Of a stretch of DNA of 64,000 nt, positions 1-13,500 are shown in pieces. A model generated the notes under the pieces. It saw only the letters and a list, made by a program, of their open reading frames with translations, had not been told where the DNA came from and searched no databases. The translations under genes were made by a program, and so were the position numbers. The stretch is taken from contig BQFW01000009.1 of NCBI GenBank assembly GCA_020891255.1, forward strand, positions 62,001 to 126,000, written 5' to 3'. How positions within the stretch are numbered: position 1 is the first letter of the stretch; each line of letters starts with the position of its first letter. Source of the DNA: Entomortierella parvispora E1425 (Eukaryota > Fungi > Mortierellomycota).

Positions 1-291
1 AATGTAATTGGGACAAAGATCAGTGCAGACTCACTCTCCTTGACCGCTCTCTTGTTGCTCTCCAGGCAAGATTATCTATTTTTCGTTTCAATAACTCATT
101 AAAACTGAACTACAAGCTACTTCACGCGAGTCGTCAACTGTCACTGACCTTTGATTCTTTGCTATAGTCCTCTCAGTGTTTCCTGAATTCAAGGAAGCTG
201 TGGACAAAACTGAACTTGGTGAGATATAATGAATCTACACCTGTCTCCCGACTCTGGATCTGTGTCAGGCCTAATACAATGATGACGCTGA

Positions 292-522
292 GGTCGACGA
301 TGCTGTAATCTCTGGAGACTCCTCCCCGACTTTGGGGATATGGTAGCATCGCTGGATCCTCTGTATATCAGTCAAGATGGTATATCTACGCTAATCAGTG
401 ACTGTGGAGGACATGGCATAGCCCTACAGCACGCTATCGACAAAAACTATTTTGCGGCCACTGGCTGTCAGTATCAGCATAACCCAAAGGCTGGATCAAA
501 TACCATAAAATGTCCAAGTTGA
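292..522 (+). CDS. Possible last exon of an unknown gene that starts left of the window
   Basis: Open frame 292-522 (…LPDFGDMVASLDPLYISQDG…DCGGHGIALQHAIDKNYFAATGCQYQHNPKAGSNTIKCPS*) looks protein-like, and splice-like signals lie upstream (tatag near 168, gtgaga near 220). I could not build a consistent exon chain. Confidence 0.3.
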   Translation, partial: GRRCCNLWRLLPDFGDMVASLDPLYISQDGISTLISDCGGHGIALQHAIDKNYFAATGCQYQHNPKAGSNTIKCPS

Positions 523-1529
523 ATAAACTTGTGCTAGATTACTAGCTGCATTACAGAAAGGAGCGGACAATATACAAGACAGGGGCAATAAATGGAGTGT
601 CCTACCCTGCTGCTCTGAGGAGTTGGGGGGCCGTCAATTGGCGAGAGAGATTGTCTGCCACGCGGCTCGCAGGTCAGAGTGAGGGGCTCACTCTTGGAAT
701 GACCTTAACCAAGCCTGGAGGATCTCCCTTGCATGCTAAAGCCCGCCTTATACAATGTCGTGATCATGGCTCAGTTCCAAAGCGAGGTTCAAGTGAGGAC
801 AGACGAGGATGAGGTGGTCCAAGCACTGCGAAGCTCACCTTTCAACCGTTAATGCTTCATTCGATCCTCTCTCCACATTGCCCAAATGAATGAAAGACCA
901 TCCCAACAATAATGCACAGTCGCATGACACGGTGGACCACACATACCCTGAAGTCGAGGCAATCCCACGCGTCGCTCTCTCTCTTTCTTTGCTTCCATTC
1001 ACTCGTTCAATCACTCACCCCGAGCATAATGCACCCACCCAATGCATTCATCCCATCACAATGACAACCGCTGTGTCTCCGGGTGAACCTCCTATGGACG
1101 TTACTGTAGTCACTCTGCGAGGTATGTGGGATGTGCAGTAAGGAAACACATCCTCCTTTTCTACAGCAAAAAGGAGTGGGAATGAAAATGGCGACGTTTG
1201 ATGTTTGTTGTGCTGTACCCTTGGCCCCTTTCCCTCCATTTTTCCACAAACAAAAGAAAGAAAGGAGTGAGAAAATGAATACCCTGTTGCCCCAAACAAG
1301 CCGACAAAACGACGAACATGTTCATTGACCTTGGGCAGCTGCACTGCAGTGCCCTCGGGGAAGGATACTACCCCTCGAAAGGACCCCTTTGATCGAAACA
1401 CAAAAGGCTTTGCTTCCCACTGACCATTTTACCTTCTGCTTCTTCTTTGTCCTTTGTCGAAACACCCTACCCCCACTGCAGCATTTCAAGTTCGACAGGC
1501 AACCCAGCCGTTGCTAGGATCTATCAACC

Positions 1530-4500
1530 ATGCAGATCCTTCGAACCCGCCTTGCCTCCCTCCTATTGGTTGCATGCGCTAGCTCAATTGCAATTCTTCA
1601 GACAGCATCAGGACTTACAGAAGTATCGGAGACAAACGCCCACGCTGAGGCTCAGAGTCTTGACCACCGTGATCATGGCGCTGGACATCTCAAGCACCAT
1701 CAACATCTTGGCCACCTCGGCCATCCCAACCGTCCTCACCACTTCCACGATAAAGAAGGGAAAGGCAAGCAGGATGGTCCTCGCCACAGATCAAAGGACA
1801 AGCACCATCACCTCCATCACAACAGTCGTCACAAGAAGCCAAATGTGTCCACCTGTAAGTTAGCTACAGCAATATTTTTTTTGTTGGTCATCCTTGAGAG
1901 AAAGACAATGGCGGAAGAAAAGAGAATGAGAGAATTGAGAGCAGGCCGCGATCTTATAAGAGATCCATGTAGACTCTGAAAGACAGCCTTTCTCTTGCCA
2001 GATTCTAACCTATCCTATCCTCTTACTACCATTGACGAGAACTATAGACAAGATCTCCTTGGTTTGTAGCGACTTTGTGATTGACACTATCCAGTGTCCA
2101 GTGCGGCCGACCGACCCAGGATCTCCACCTTCTTGCCATGCCATGAACAACAATGTCGACATTGTATACATCTTCATGCAAGAACCCTGTTCCAAGGACT
2201 TGCCAACAGTGTGCCCCAAGCCTATCGCCATGGCTGTGAACGACGAATCCGAGATTGCAGACTTGCCCGACAACACTGTCCTGTCTGCCAAAACCGAAGG
2301 CAACCATGCCCTATACAAGCGCAATCGCGGTGGTCACCCTCTCAAACACCGAGACCATCACGGGAAGAACCAACACCACCACCACGGTCGCGGCAAGCAC
2401 GGGCACAAAAACCACCGCCACAAGCATTGTCACGACAAGGACAAGAACAAGCATCCATACAAGGATCTGTGTGTGGCGGTCGGAGATTTCTGCGGAAACG
2501 CTCTCTACGGCTGCGACTTTGTTGCTACGACACTGTACCGCTGCGATGCTATTGGTCAGCGTCCCAAGCCTATAGTCGAAGACTCAGCGTCTTGCGGAGG
2601 AACCAAGGCTTGTCTCTGCCCAGCATCTCCTACAGGCATCATTTGTGGCCAGGATCTCCCTAAGGAATGCAAAGTCTCCAAGAATTCTGTGTATGACTGC
2701 TCTGGTGGCGCTGGAACGATTCCCAAGTTGGTGGGTGATTGTGAATCTGGAAAAGTTTGCAGAAAGGACGATCCCTCAAAAGACGCGACCTGCGTGCCCA
2801 TCGGCTGCGAATGCTCAGGCGACAAGGTGGTCTGTTCGGATAGCTTCCCTGATGCATGTGGCTACAGCAAAAACACGATCTACAGGTGCACCAACGGTGG
2901 CAAACCCGAGAAGGTGATAGAGTGTCAAGACCCTGAAGTCTGTACCTCTCTTTCTGATGGAGCGATCTGCAAGCCAGAAGAGCATGACAAGTGTGTCTGT
3001 CCGACAGGGGGTTCCAACAAGATTTGTGGATCGCAGCTCCCAGAGGATTGCAAGGCCCAACTGAACGGCATCTACGACTGCTCAGCAGGAGGTGGCACCA
3101 AGCCATCCGAGATTGGCCTTTGTCCTCCAGGAATCGAATGTGTGGATGGAGCCGGATCGAACGATGCCATTTGCGGTTCCTACAACTGCGACTGCACTGG
3201 CGACTTGGTGGTATGCTCCAATGCCTTCCCCGAGAAGTGTAAACTGCAACCCAACACCATCTACAAGTGCACTGCCAGCGGCAGGCCAGCAAAGGTCACC
3301 TCTTGCAAAGATGGGGAAACGTGCATCACAGTCGCAGATGGATCCATCTGCCGACCCGATGACTGCAAGTGTACCGACGACGGTGTTGTCTGTGGCGACG
3401 CGTTCCCAGCCAAGTGTAACCTTAAGACTAGCTCATTATACGATTGCAAGAAGGGCGGGGATCCAGTTTTCAAGACCGAGTGCAGTAATCCTGGACGCTG
3501 CACCTCTACCCAAGCCTCCATGTCTGCAGAAGCTGTATTCAAGGCCAATGCCAACGACAGATGTATCGACGGCTGCACGTGTGGTGACAGGGGCAAGGTA
3601 AGATAAAATCCATATGCCTCTTTGGAAAATTGACCGCTCGAGTATCTAACTATTTACTTCCTTTTGGTGTGGTTTCGACTGTCCTAGGCATGCGCGTCAA
3701 CGTTCCCTCCAGAGTGCAACTACCCTCTGGATTCGATCGTGGATTGTTCTGGATCTGGCGCCACCCCTACCAATTTCCAGAAATGCGTGACTGGCGCTTG
3801 TATTGTCAGTAATGGCGACGATAGATGCAGCAACAACAAGTGCACCTGCCCCGGCGACACCCCGATCTGTGGATTCGATCTTCCTAAGGAATGTAACGCA
3901 AAGCCCCATATCATCTACTATTGCCCTGATGGCAAGGGCACGGAACCTGTGGAACTCACCGAGTGCAAGCCTGGCACTATCTGCAACAAGAAGGATGCCC
4001 CCATTGGAGCTGCCTGTGGTGGAGAGAATTGCGACTGTCCCGGCGACAAGGAAGTCTGCTCCAACGCTTTCCCCGACTTTTGTGGATATGAGAAGAACGC
4101 CATCTACGAGTGCACCACATCCGGCAAGCCTATGAAGAGAAAGAACTGCGAAGACAATCAGGCCTGTGTCACCCTATCTGATGGAGCAGTTTGCACCCAA
4201 ACCGACTGCAAATGTCCCACGGATGGCGATATCTGCGGCATCTTCTTCCCTCAAGCTTGCAGGATCCCCACTGATGACATCTACTCTTGTGTCAAAGGCG
4301 AGGATCCCGTTCTCACAAGGGTCTGCGGTGTTGGCGGATGTATTGCAACCGTAGGCTCTTCGATGGCGACAGCAACGGCAGTATTCCAAGGAGCATCAGC
4401 ATCAGACAAGTGTGTTGAGGACCCATGCAAGTGCCAAGAGAAAGGGGATGTATGCGGGTCGACCTTCCCTAGCGTGTGCAATTTTTTTTCAATGGACACC

Positions 4501-7500
4501 CTATACGGGTGCACTGGCAACGGTGCAACTCCTACGGAGAAGGTCAAGTGCGCCAAGGACAAGTGCATCGTCACTGCTGGCGATGATGTATGCGATCGAA
4601 ACCCTTGCGCCTGCGAGGATGACAGCGCGATCTGTGGTTCTGCCTTCTCACCCAAGTGCGATTTGGATCCCAAAACGTTGTACAAGTGCGATGGAGCTGG
4701 CTCTATTCCGACAATGGAAGAGGTCTGCGACATACAATGTATCGTGAAGGAAGGTCCAGATGAATGTTCGCCGAACCCTTGTATCTGCAAGGAGGTAAAG
4801 AAGGCCATTTGCGGCAACACCTTCAATAAGGTGTGCGGTCTTGACGAGGATACTCTGTATGAGTGCTCTTCTGTGGGGGCTGAACCAAAGCCAATCAGGA
4901 AGTGCGATGCAGGATGCGAGGAAGGAGCCGAAAACTCAGACGATTTTTGCAGGGATCTGTGTGTTTGTCCTGAAAGTAAAAAGGACAAGATTTGCGGATC
5001 AGAGTTGCCGGACTTTTGCAAGGGCTACAAAAACGCTATCTACCATTGCCCCAACGGCGAAGGATCCAAGCCGTTGCTCATCGGACACTGCGAACCGGGT
5101 CTAGAGTGTGTCCGGAAGGAAGAGTTGGATGATGCCACCTGTGGATCTAGGAATTGCGAATGCAATGGAAATATGGAAGTTTGCTCCGACTCTTTCCCTA
5201 AAAAGTGTGGATTGGATTCCAACACCATCTACAAGTGCACCGCCAGTGGTAGGCCAGCCAAGGTCGCCTCGTGCAATGAAGGGGAAATCTGTATCGCGCT
5301 CGCAGATGGATCTATCTGTCGACCTGACGATTGCAAGTGTACTAGTGACGGTGTTGTCTGTGGTGACGCATTCCCGGCCAAGTGTAATCTCCGGATGGAC
5401 GCCCTCTTTGACTGCAAAAGGGGAGAGGATCCGGTATTTAAATCCGAGTGCGACAAGCCGGGCCGCTGTTTCGCTTCCAAGGCTTCCATCTCTGCAGCCT
5501 CGGTTTTCAAGGCCACTTCTGACGACAAGTGTGTTGACGGCTGTACCTGTGGTGACAAGGGCATCGTAAGTTTATGGATATCAATCCCCGTGAAAGGCTG
5601 ATCAATGGAGAAAAATACATTTAATAACTTTTTGTGGTCTCATATGGTCCTAGGCTTGCACTTCGACGTTCCCTCCAGAGTGCGGCCTTCAGCAGAACTC
5701 GATTGTGGAGTGCTCTGGAACTGGCGCCAAGCCAACAAACCCACAGGTGTGCAAGGACGGTCACTGCGTCGTAAGCAACGGCAATGACAGATGCAGCAAC
5801 GACAAGTGCACCTGCCCTGGAGACAATCCAGTCTGCGGATCCGATCTTCCAAAGGAATGCAACGCCAAGGTCAACATTATCTACCATTGCCCTGATGGCA
5901 AGGGCACCGAGCCTCAAGAGCTCTTCGAGTGCATGCCTGGAACCATCTGTCACAAGAAAGGAGATCCTGCCAAGGCTATCTGTGGCCCGGAGAACTGCGA
6001 GTGCTTCGGCGACCATGAAGTCTGCTCCTCTGTATTCCCCGACTCTTGTGGGCTCGACGAGAATTCGATCTACAAGTGCACCCTATCTGGCAAGCCGGAG
6101 AAGAAGGCTGATTGTTTGGATACTGAATCCTGTGTTACCTTGTCTGGCGGCGTTGCCTGTGCCAAGGACGATTGCAAGTGCCACACTGACGGCGACGTGT
6201 GCGGTGCAGTTTTCCCATACCACTGTAGGATCCCTTCTGGCGACATCTATTCGTGCGTCAAGGGCGAAACACCTGACCTCAAGGAGGATTGCGGTGCCAG
6301 CGAATGCATTGCAACCAAAGGTTCTTTAATGGCGATAACGGCTGCGGTCTTCTTAGAGGCCGCAGCGAAGGATAGGTGTGCTGAGGATCCATGCCAATGC
6401 CAGGAGAAGAACCTCGCTTGTGGCCTTACCTTCCCCGAGGAATGCAAGCTCTCCAAGGATACTCTCTACGAATGCACCGCCGCTGGTGAAACTCCGCGAG
6501 AGATTGAGAAGTGCGACGTCGACAAGTGCATCATATCCGGTGGAGATAACAGGTGCGATGGAGGAATCTGTGCCTGCAAGGACGAAGACTTGACCTGCGG
6601 CTCTGCCTTCCCGCCCGAGTGCAAATTAGATCCCAGGACATTGTACAATTGCGCCATAGCTGGTTCGAAGCCAACGCCCAACAAGACCTGCAAGACTAAA
6701 TGTGTAGAGAAGGACGGGCCTGATGAGTGCGATCCAGAGGACGATCCCTCTATATTGGAATGCCGGTGCAAGGACGACTATGATATCTGTGGTGTTGTGT
6801 TCCCCGAATATTGCAGAAGGGACCCCAATACGCTTTACAAGTGCTCTGGCAATGGCACCAGGCCATCAGACCCAACGCCTTGCACTGGTGGCCAATGTTT
6901 GGTCCTGGAAGGAAACGACAAGTGCAGTGGCTTGTGTCTCTGCCGAGAAGCAAAGGAAGCCGTTTGCGGCAACAAATTCGATATAACATGCGGACTCGAT
7001 GATGGAACGCTGTATGAGTGTCCTTCCATTGGAGCTACACCAAAGCCGATCGAGAAGTGCAAGGCAGGATGCGAGGGAGCAGGAATAGACAAACCCGACG
7101 TTTGCAAGGATCCATGTGCCTGTCCTACTGGCAGAATGAGAATTTGCGGATATGAGCTTCCTGCAGAATGCATGGCTGACAAGAATGCCATCTATCTCTG
7201 CCCAGGTGGGGACAGATCCAAGCCATCGCTGATTGGCCATTGCATGCCCGGTGTCGAGTGTGTCCGTGAACGTTCGTCAGACAATGCGAACTGTGGCACT
7301 CACAACTGTGATTGCGTTGGTAGCAATGAAGTGTGCTCCGATTTCTTCCCTGGAACGTGTGGGCTGGAACCCAATACCGTCTATAGGTGCACAGCGAATG
7401 GCAAGCCCGAGAAGGTCGCTCCTTGTGGTGCAGGAGAGGTATGCATTACAGTATCGGACGGATCCATCTGCCGGATAAACAATTGCAAGTGTCTAGGCGA

Positions 7501-10500
7501 TGGCCCTACCTGCGGTGAGGCATTCCCTCCGGACTGCAACATCCCCACAGATGCTCTTTATGATTGCAAAAAGGGAGAGGATCCGGTACTCAAGTCCACA
7601 TGCCCTCAGCCGGGTCGTTGCTCAGCCTCCAAGAGCTCCGTTTCTGCCGCTGCGATTTTCAAGGCTACCGCGGACGACAAATGTGTTGATGGTTGCAAAT
7701 GCGAGGCCAAAGAAACGGTATTTTTTTTTTTTTTGATTTGTGATTTGATCATTATGAAGGCCACTCATTCGATTGACTAAAACCATATCTCCAACTCGGA
7801 TAGGTCTGCGCGTGGACGTTCCCATCACAATGCAATCTTCCCGCAAACTCGCTTGTTGAGTGCTCTGGGCCTGGTGCCAAACCCACCAATCCACAGATTT
7901 GTGAGAACAATGCCTGTCTTGTCAACATTGGACATGACAGATGCAGTGATGACAAATGCACTTGCGTACGTGCTGGCCTTGTTTGTGGATCTGAGCTTCC
8001 ATCAGAGTGCCATGCAAACGACAACACGGTCTATAATTGCGCTGGCCAAGGCTCCAGGCCTGAAGAGCTTTCCGAGTGCCCACCTGGAACTGAGTGCATT
8101 CCGAGAGATGGAACTCCTGGTGCCGTGTGTGGCTCAAAGAAGTGCGATTGCTTCGGCCACGCCACAGTGTGCTCTGACTCTTTCCCTGAATCCTGTGGCC
8201 TCGACAAAAACTCTGTCTACCAGTGCACCTCCTCCGGCAGAGCAGAGAAGGTACAAGACTGTGAGAAGGGCCAGTGTGTCCAATTGGCAGATGGTGCTAT
8301 TTGTACAATCGACAAGTGCAAGTGTCCACATGATGGCGATGTCTGTGGAGCCATCTTCCCGATGGATTGCAAAATCCCCGCTGGCAACATTTACACCTGT
8401 GTCAAAGGTGAAGATCCGATCCTCAAGGAGGAGTGTCCTGTAGGATGCATTAGCACTATGAAGAGCGCACGCAGCCTGATATCCGCCAAGTCGGTGTTTG
8501 AAGCCACGGAAGGAGCAGCAGACAAGTGCACCCAGGACCCATGCAAGTGTCCTAGCAAGGGCGTTTTCTGCGGATCAAACTTTCCAGAAAGCTGCGGTTA
8601 TGACAAGGACACCCTGTATGACTGCAAAGGCCTGGGAGAAACTCCGATTGAGAAGGAGACGTGCGCAAAGGACAAATGTATCAATCTTGTCGGCGAGAAT
8701 CGCTGCGATAAATGTCTCTGTCCTACAGGCAGCACAGGCAGCGTCTGCGGATCAAAGCTTCCCAATGAATGCAATGCCGACAAGAACACCATCTACGACT
8801 GCTCTGATGGCCCCAATACAACACCACTGCCATTGGGCCCATGCAAGCCCGGTGTTGAGTGTGTCGAGCATGCTGGTTCCAAGGACGCCGACTGCGGCTC
8901 ACGCACTTGCGATTGCTCTGGAGATATGGAAGTCTGTTCTAACTCCTTCCCCGATCACTGCGGAATGGATCCCAACACCATCTACAAGTGTACCCCAAGC
9001 GGTCGACCCATCAAGGTCGCCTCCTGCAAAGGAGGGGAGACTTGTATCACAGTCGCAGACGGATCTCTCTGCCGACCCGACAATTGCAAGTGTACTAGCG
9101 ACGGTGTTGTCTGTGGCGATGCGTTCCCAGACAAGTGCCACCTCAAGACTAACTCATTGTACGATTGCAAGAAGGGAGAGGATCCGGTATTCAAGTCTGA
9201 ATGCGACAAGCCTGGACGCTGCTTCGCTTCGAAGGCCTCGATCTCTGCTGCCTCGGTTTTCAAGGCCACCTTTAACGACAAGTGTGTTGACGGTTGCTCC
9301 TGTGGCGATAAGGGAACGGTATGTGTAGATATACATTGCACCAAGCTGAAATTTTGCAGATCAACTAACTCTCGGATAACCCCATTTTGATCCACTGGTA
9401 TGGATTAGGCTTGCACATCCACGTTCCCACCAGAGTGTAATTTGCCCGCGAACTCGATCGTGGAGTGCTTTGGACCTGGAGTGCTACCTAAGAACCCAAA
9501 GAAATGCGAATACGACACCTGTATTGTGAACAACGGCAACGACAAGTGCAGCAACATCAAATGCACCTGTTCTGACAATACCCCTGTCTGCGGCTTCAAC
9601 CTTCCAGAGGAGTGCAATGCCAAGAAAAACACAATCTACCATTGTCCAGGAGGCATTGGCACCGAGCCTGAGGAGCTCACTGAGTGCAAGCCAGGCACGA
9701 TCTGCAACCAGAAAGCGCCTCCCATCGGCGCCGCTTGCGGTGGAGTCGACTGCGAGTGTATCGGCGACCATGCAGTGTGTTCCGAAGTGTTCCCCGACTA
9801 TTGCAAATACGACAAAAACACCATCTATCGATGCACTCGGACTGGACAGCCTCAGAAAATAGAGACGTGTGCAGACGATGAGGCCTGTGTCACCCTGTCT
9901 GATGGACCAGTTTGCACTCAAACCGACTGCAAGTGCCCCACTGACGGCGATGTCTGCGGCAGCGTCTTCCCTCAAGATTGCAGGATCCCCACTGGTGATA
10001 TCTATTCCTGCGTCAAGGGCGAGAAACCTGTTCTCAAGGAGGATTGTGGTGTTGGAGGATGCATCTCAAGCAAGGGATCCTCGTTAGCAGCCGCTGCAGC
10101 AGTCTTCCAAGGAACTGCAGCTACAGACAAGTGTGTCGATGATCCATGCAAGTGTCAGGAGAGGAAGCTCATTTGTGGGGTGACCTTCCCAGAGCAGTGC
10201 CAGTTCCCAGCTGATACTCTGTATGAGTGCACTGGCAACGGAGCAACTCCGACCATCAAGGAGACATGCGAAGAGGGATCTACATGCGTCGTCACAGCTG
10301 GAGACAACAAGTGCAAGAACGACAAGTGCTTCTGTCCGACAGGAGGCACCAACAATATTTGTGGATCGCAGCTGCCTGTGGAATGTAAGGCCCACCTGAA
10401 CGGAATCTACGACTGCTCAGCAGGAGGTGGCACTAGGCCCTCTGAAATTGGCCTTTGTCCTCCAGGAGTCGAATGCGTGGATGGAGCCGGATCTAATGAT

Positions 10501-13500
10501 GCCATTTGCGGCTCCCATAACTGCGACTGCACTGGCGACTTGGTGGTATGCTCCAATGCCTTCCCCGACAAGTGTAAACTGCAACCCAACACCATCTACA
10601 AGTGCACTGCCAGCGGCAGGCCAGCAAAGGTCACCTCCTGCAAAGACGGGGAAACGTGTATCACAGTCGCAGATGGATCTATCTGCCGACCTGACGACTG
10701 CAAGTGTACCGACGACGGTGTTGTCTGCGGCGACGCGTTCCCAGCCAGGTGTGACCTCAAGACTAGTTCGTTGTACGATTGCAAGAAGGGCGAAAATCCA
10801 ATCTTCAAGACTGAGTGTAGTGATCCTGGTCGTTGCACCTCTGCCCAGGCCTTCATATCCGCGCAAGCTGTGTTCAAGGCCAACGCCAACGACAGATGTA
10901 TCGACGGATGCACGTGTGGTGACAGGGGCAAGGTAAGATAAAATCTATACGCCTCTTTGGAAAGCTATTGACCGCTCGAGTATCTAACTCTTTACTTTTT
11001 TTGTTTTGGTGTGGTTTTTGACTGTCCTAGGAATGCACGTCAACGTTCCCTCCAGAGTGCAGTTACCCTGTGGATTCGATCGTGGATTGTTCTGGATCTG
11101 GCGCCACCCCTACCAATTTCCAGAAATGCGTGACCGGCGCTTGTATTGTCAGTAATGGCGAAGATAGATGCAGCAACAACAAGTGCACCTGCCCCGGCGA
11201 CACCCCGATCTGTGGATTCGATCTTCCTGAGGAATGTAACGCAAAGCCCCATATCATCTACTATTGCCCTGATGGCAAGGGCACGGAACCTGTGGAACTC
11301 ACCGAGTGCAAGCCTGGCACTATCTGCAACAAGAAGGATGCCCCCATTGGAGCTGCCTGTGGTGGAGAGAATTGCGACTGTCCCGGTGACAGGGAAGTTT
11401 GCTCCAATGCTTTCCCTGACTTTTGTGGATATGAGAAGAACGCCATCTACGAGTGCACCACAACCGGCAAGCCTTTGAAGAGAAAGAACTGCGAGGACAA
11501 TCAGGCCTGTGTCACCCTGTCTGATGGAGCAGTTTGCACCCAAACCGACTGCAAATGTCCCACGGATGGCGATGTCTGCGGCTTGGTCTTCCCTCAAGCT
11601 TGCAGAATCCCCACGAGTGAGATCTATTCTTGTGTCAAGGGCGAGGATCCTGTTCTCACAGAGGATTGCGGTGTTGGCGGATGTATTGCAACCGTGGGCT
11701 CTTCGATGGCGACAGCGACTGCAGTATTCCAAGGAGTAACAGCGTCGGACAAGTGTGTTGAGGACCCATGCAAGTGCCAAGAGAAGGGGGATGTATGCGG
11801 CTCGACCTTCCCTGGCGTGTGCAATTTCTCAAGGGACACCCTATACGAGTGCATTGGCTACGGTGCAACTCCTACAGAGAAGGTCAAGTGTGCCAAGGAC
11901 AAGTGCATCGTCACTGCTGGCGATGATAAATGCGACAACTGCATCTGTCCGACAGGAGGCACTAGCAAGATCTGTGGATCGCAGCTGCATGTGGAATGTA
12001 AAGCACATCTGAACGGCCTCTATGACTGCTCAGCAGGAGCTGGAACCACACCTTCTCAGATCGGCCTTTGTCCTCCAGGAATCGAATGTGTGGATGGAGC
12101 CGGATCGAATGATGCCATTTGCGGATCCTACAACTGCGACTGCTTTGGAGACTTAGTGGTATGCTCCAATGCCTTCCCGGACAAGTGCGGACTGCAACCC
12201 AACACTATCTACAAGTGCACTGCCAGTGGCAGACCAGCAAAGGTCACCTCCTGCAAAGATGGGGAAACATGTATCACAGTCGCAGATGGATCCATCTGCC
12301 GACCTGACGATTGCAAGTGTACCGACGACGGTGTTGTCTGTGGCGATGCGTTCCCAGCCAAGTGTAACCTGAAGACTAGCGCATTGTATGATTGCAAGAA
12401 GGGAGAGGACCCAGTATTCAAGACCGAGTGTAGTGATCCTGGTCGTTGCACCTCTACCGAAGCCTCCATATCCGCAGAGGCTGTATTCAAGGCTACCGCC
12501 AATGACAGATGTATCGACGGCTGCACGTGTGGTGACAGGGGCAAGGTAAGATAAGATCTACATGCGTCTTTGAATAGTCATTATTCTCCATTCAAATTTT
12601 ACTGATAATTTTATTTTGTGGCAATAGGCATGTACATCGACCTTCCCCCCAGAGTGCAATTACCCTCTGAACTCGATTGTGGATTGCTCCGCCTCTGGCG
12701 CCACCCCTACCAATTTCCAGAAATGCGTGACCGGCGCTTGTATTGTCAGTAATGGCGAAGATAGATGCAGCAACAACAAGTGCACCTGCCCCGGCGACAT
12801 CCCGATCTGTGGATACGATCTTCCTGAGGAATGCAACGCCAATCGCCACAGCGTCTACTATTGCCCTGATGGCAAGGGAACAGAACCAAAGGAGCTCACC
12901 GAATGCAAACCAGGCACTATTTGTAATCGGAAGGAGCCTCCCGTTGGAGCTGAATGTGGTGGACTGACCTGCGAGTGTCCTGGTGACATGGAAGTCTGCT
13001 CAAATTCTTTCCCCGACACTTGTGGGTACGACAAGAACGCCATCTACAAGTGCACCACATCCGGCAGACCCACAAAGACAAAGGACTGCGAGAACAATCA
13101 GGCCTGTGTCACCCTGTCTGATGGAGCAGTTTGCACCCAAACCGACTGCAAATGCCCCACGGATGGCAATGTCTGCGGCTTGGTCTTCCCTCAAGCTTGC
13201 AGGATCCCCACTGGTGACATCTACTCTTGTGTCAAAGGCGAGGATCCTGTTCTCACAGAGGATTGCGGTATTGGCGGATGTATTGCAACCGTAGGACCTT
13301 CGATGGAGGCAGCCGCTGCGGCATTCCAAGGAGAAGCAGCATCAGACAAGTGCGTCGAGGACCCATGCAAATGCCAAGAGAAGGGCGATGCGTGCGGTTT
13401 TACCTTCCCTGAAGAGTGCCACCTCCCTAGAGACACCCTTTACAGATGCAGTGGCAAAGATGCGACTCCGGAGAAGAAGATGGAATGCGACCCAGGCGGA

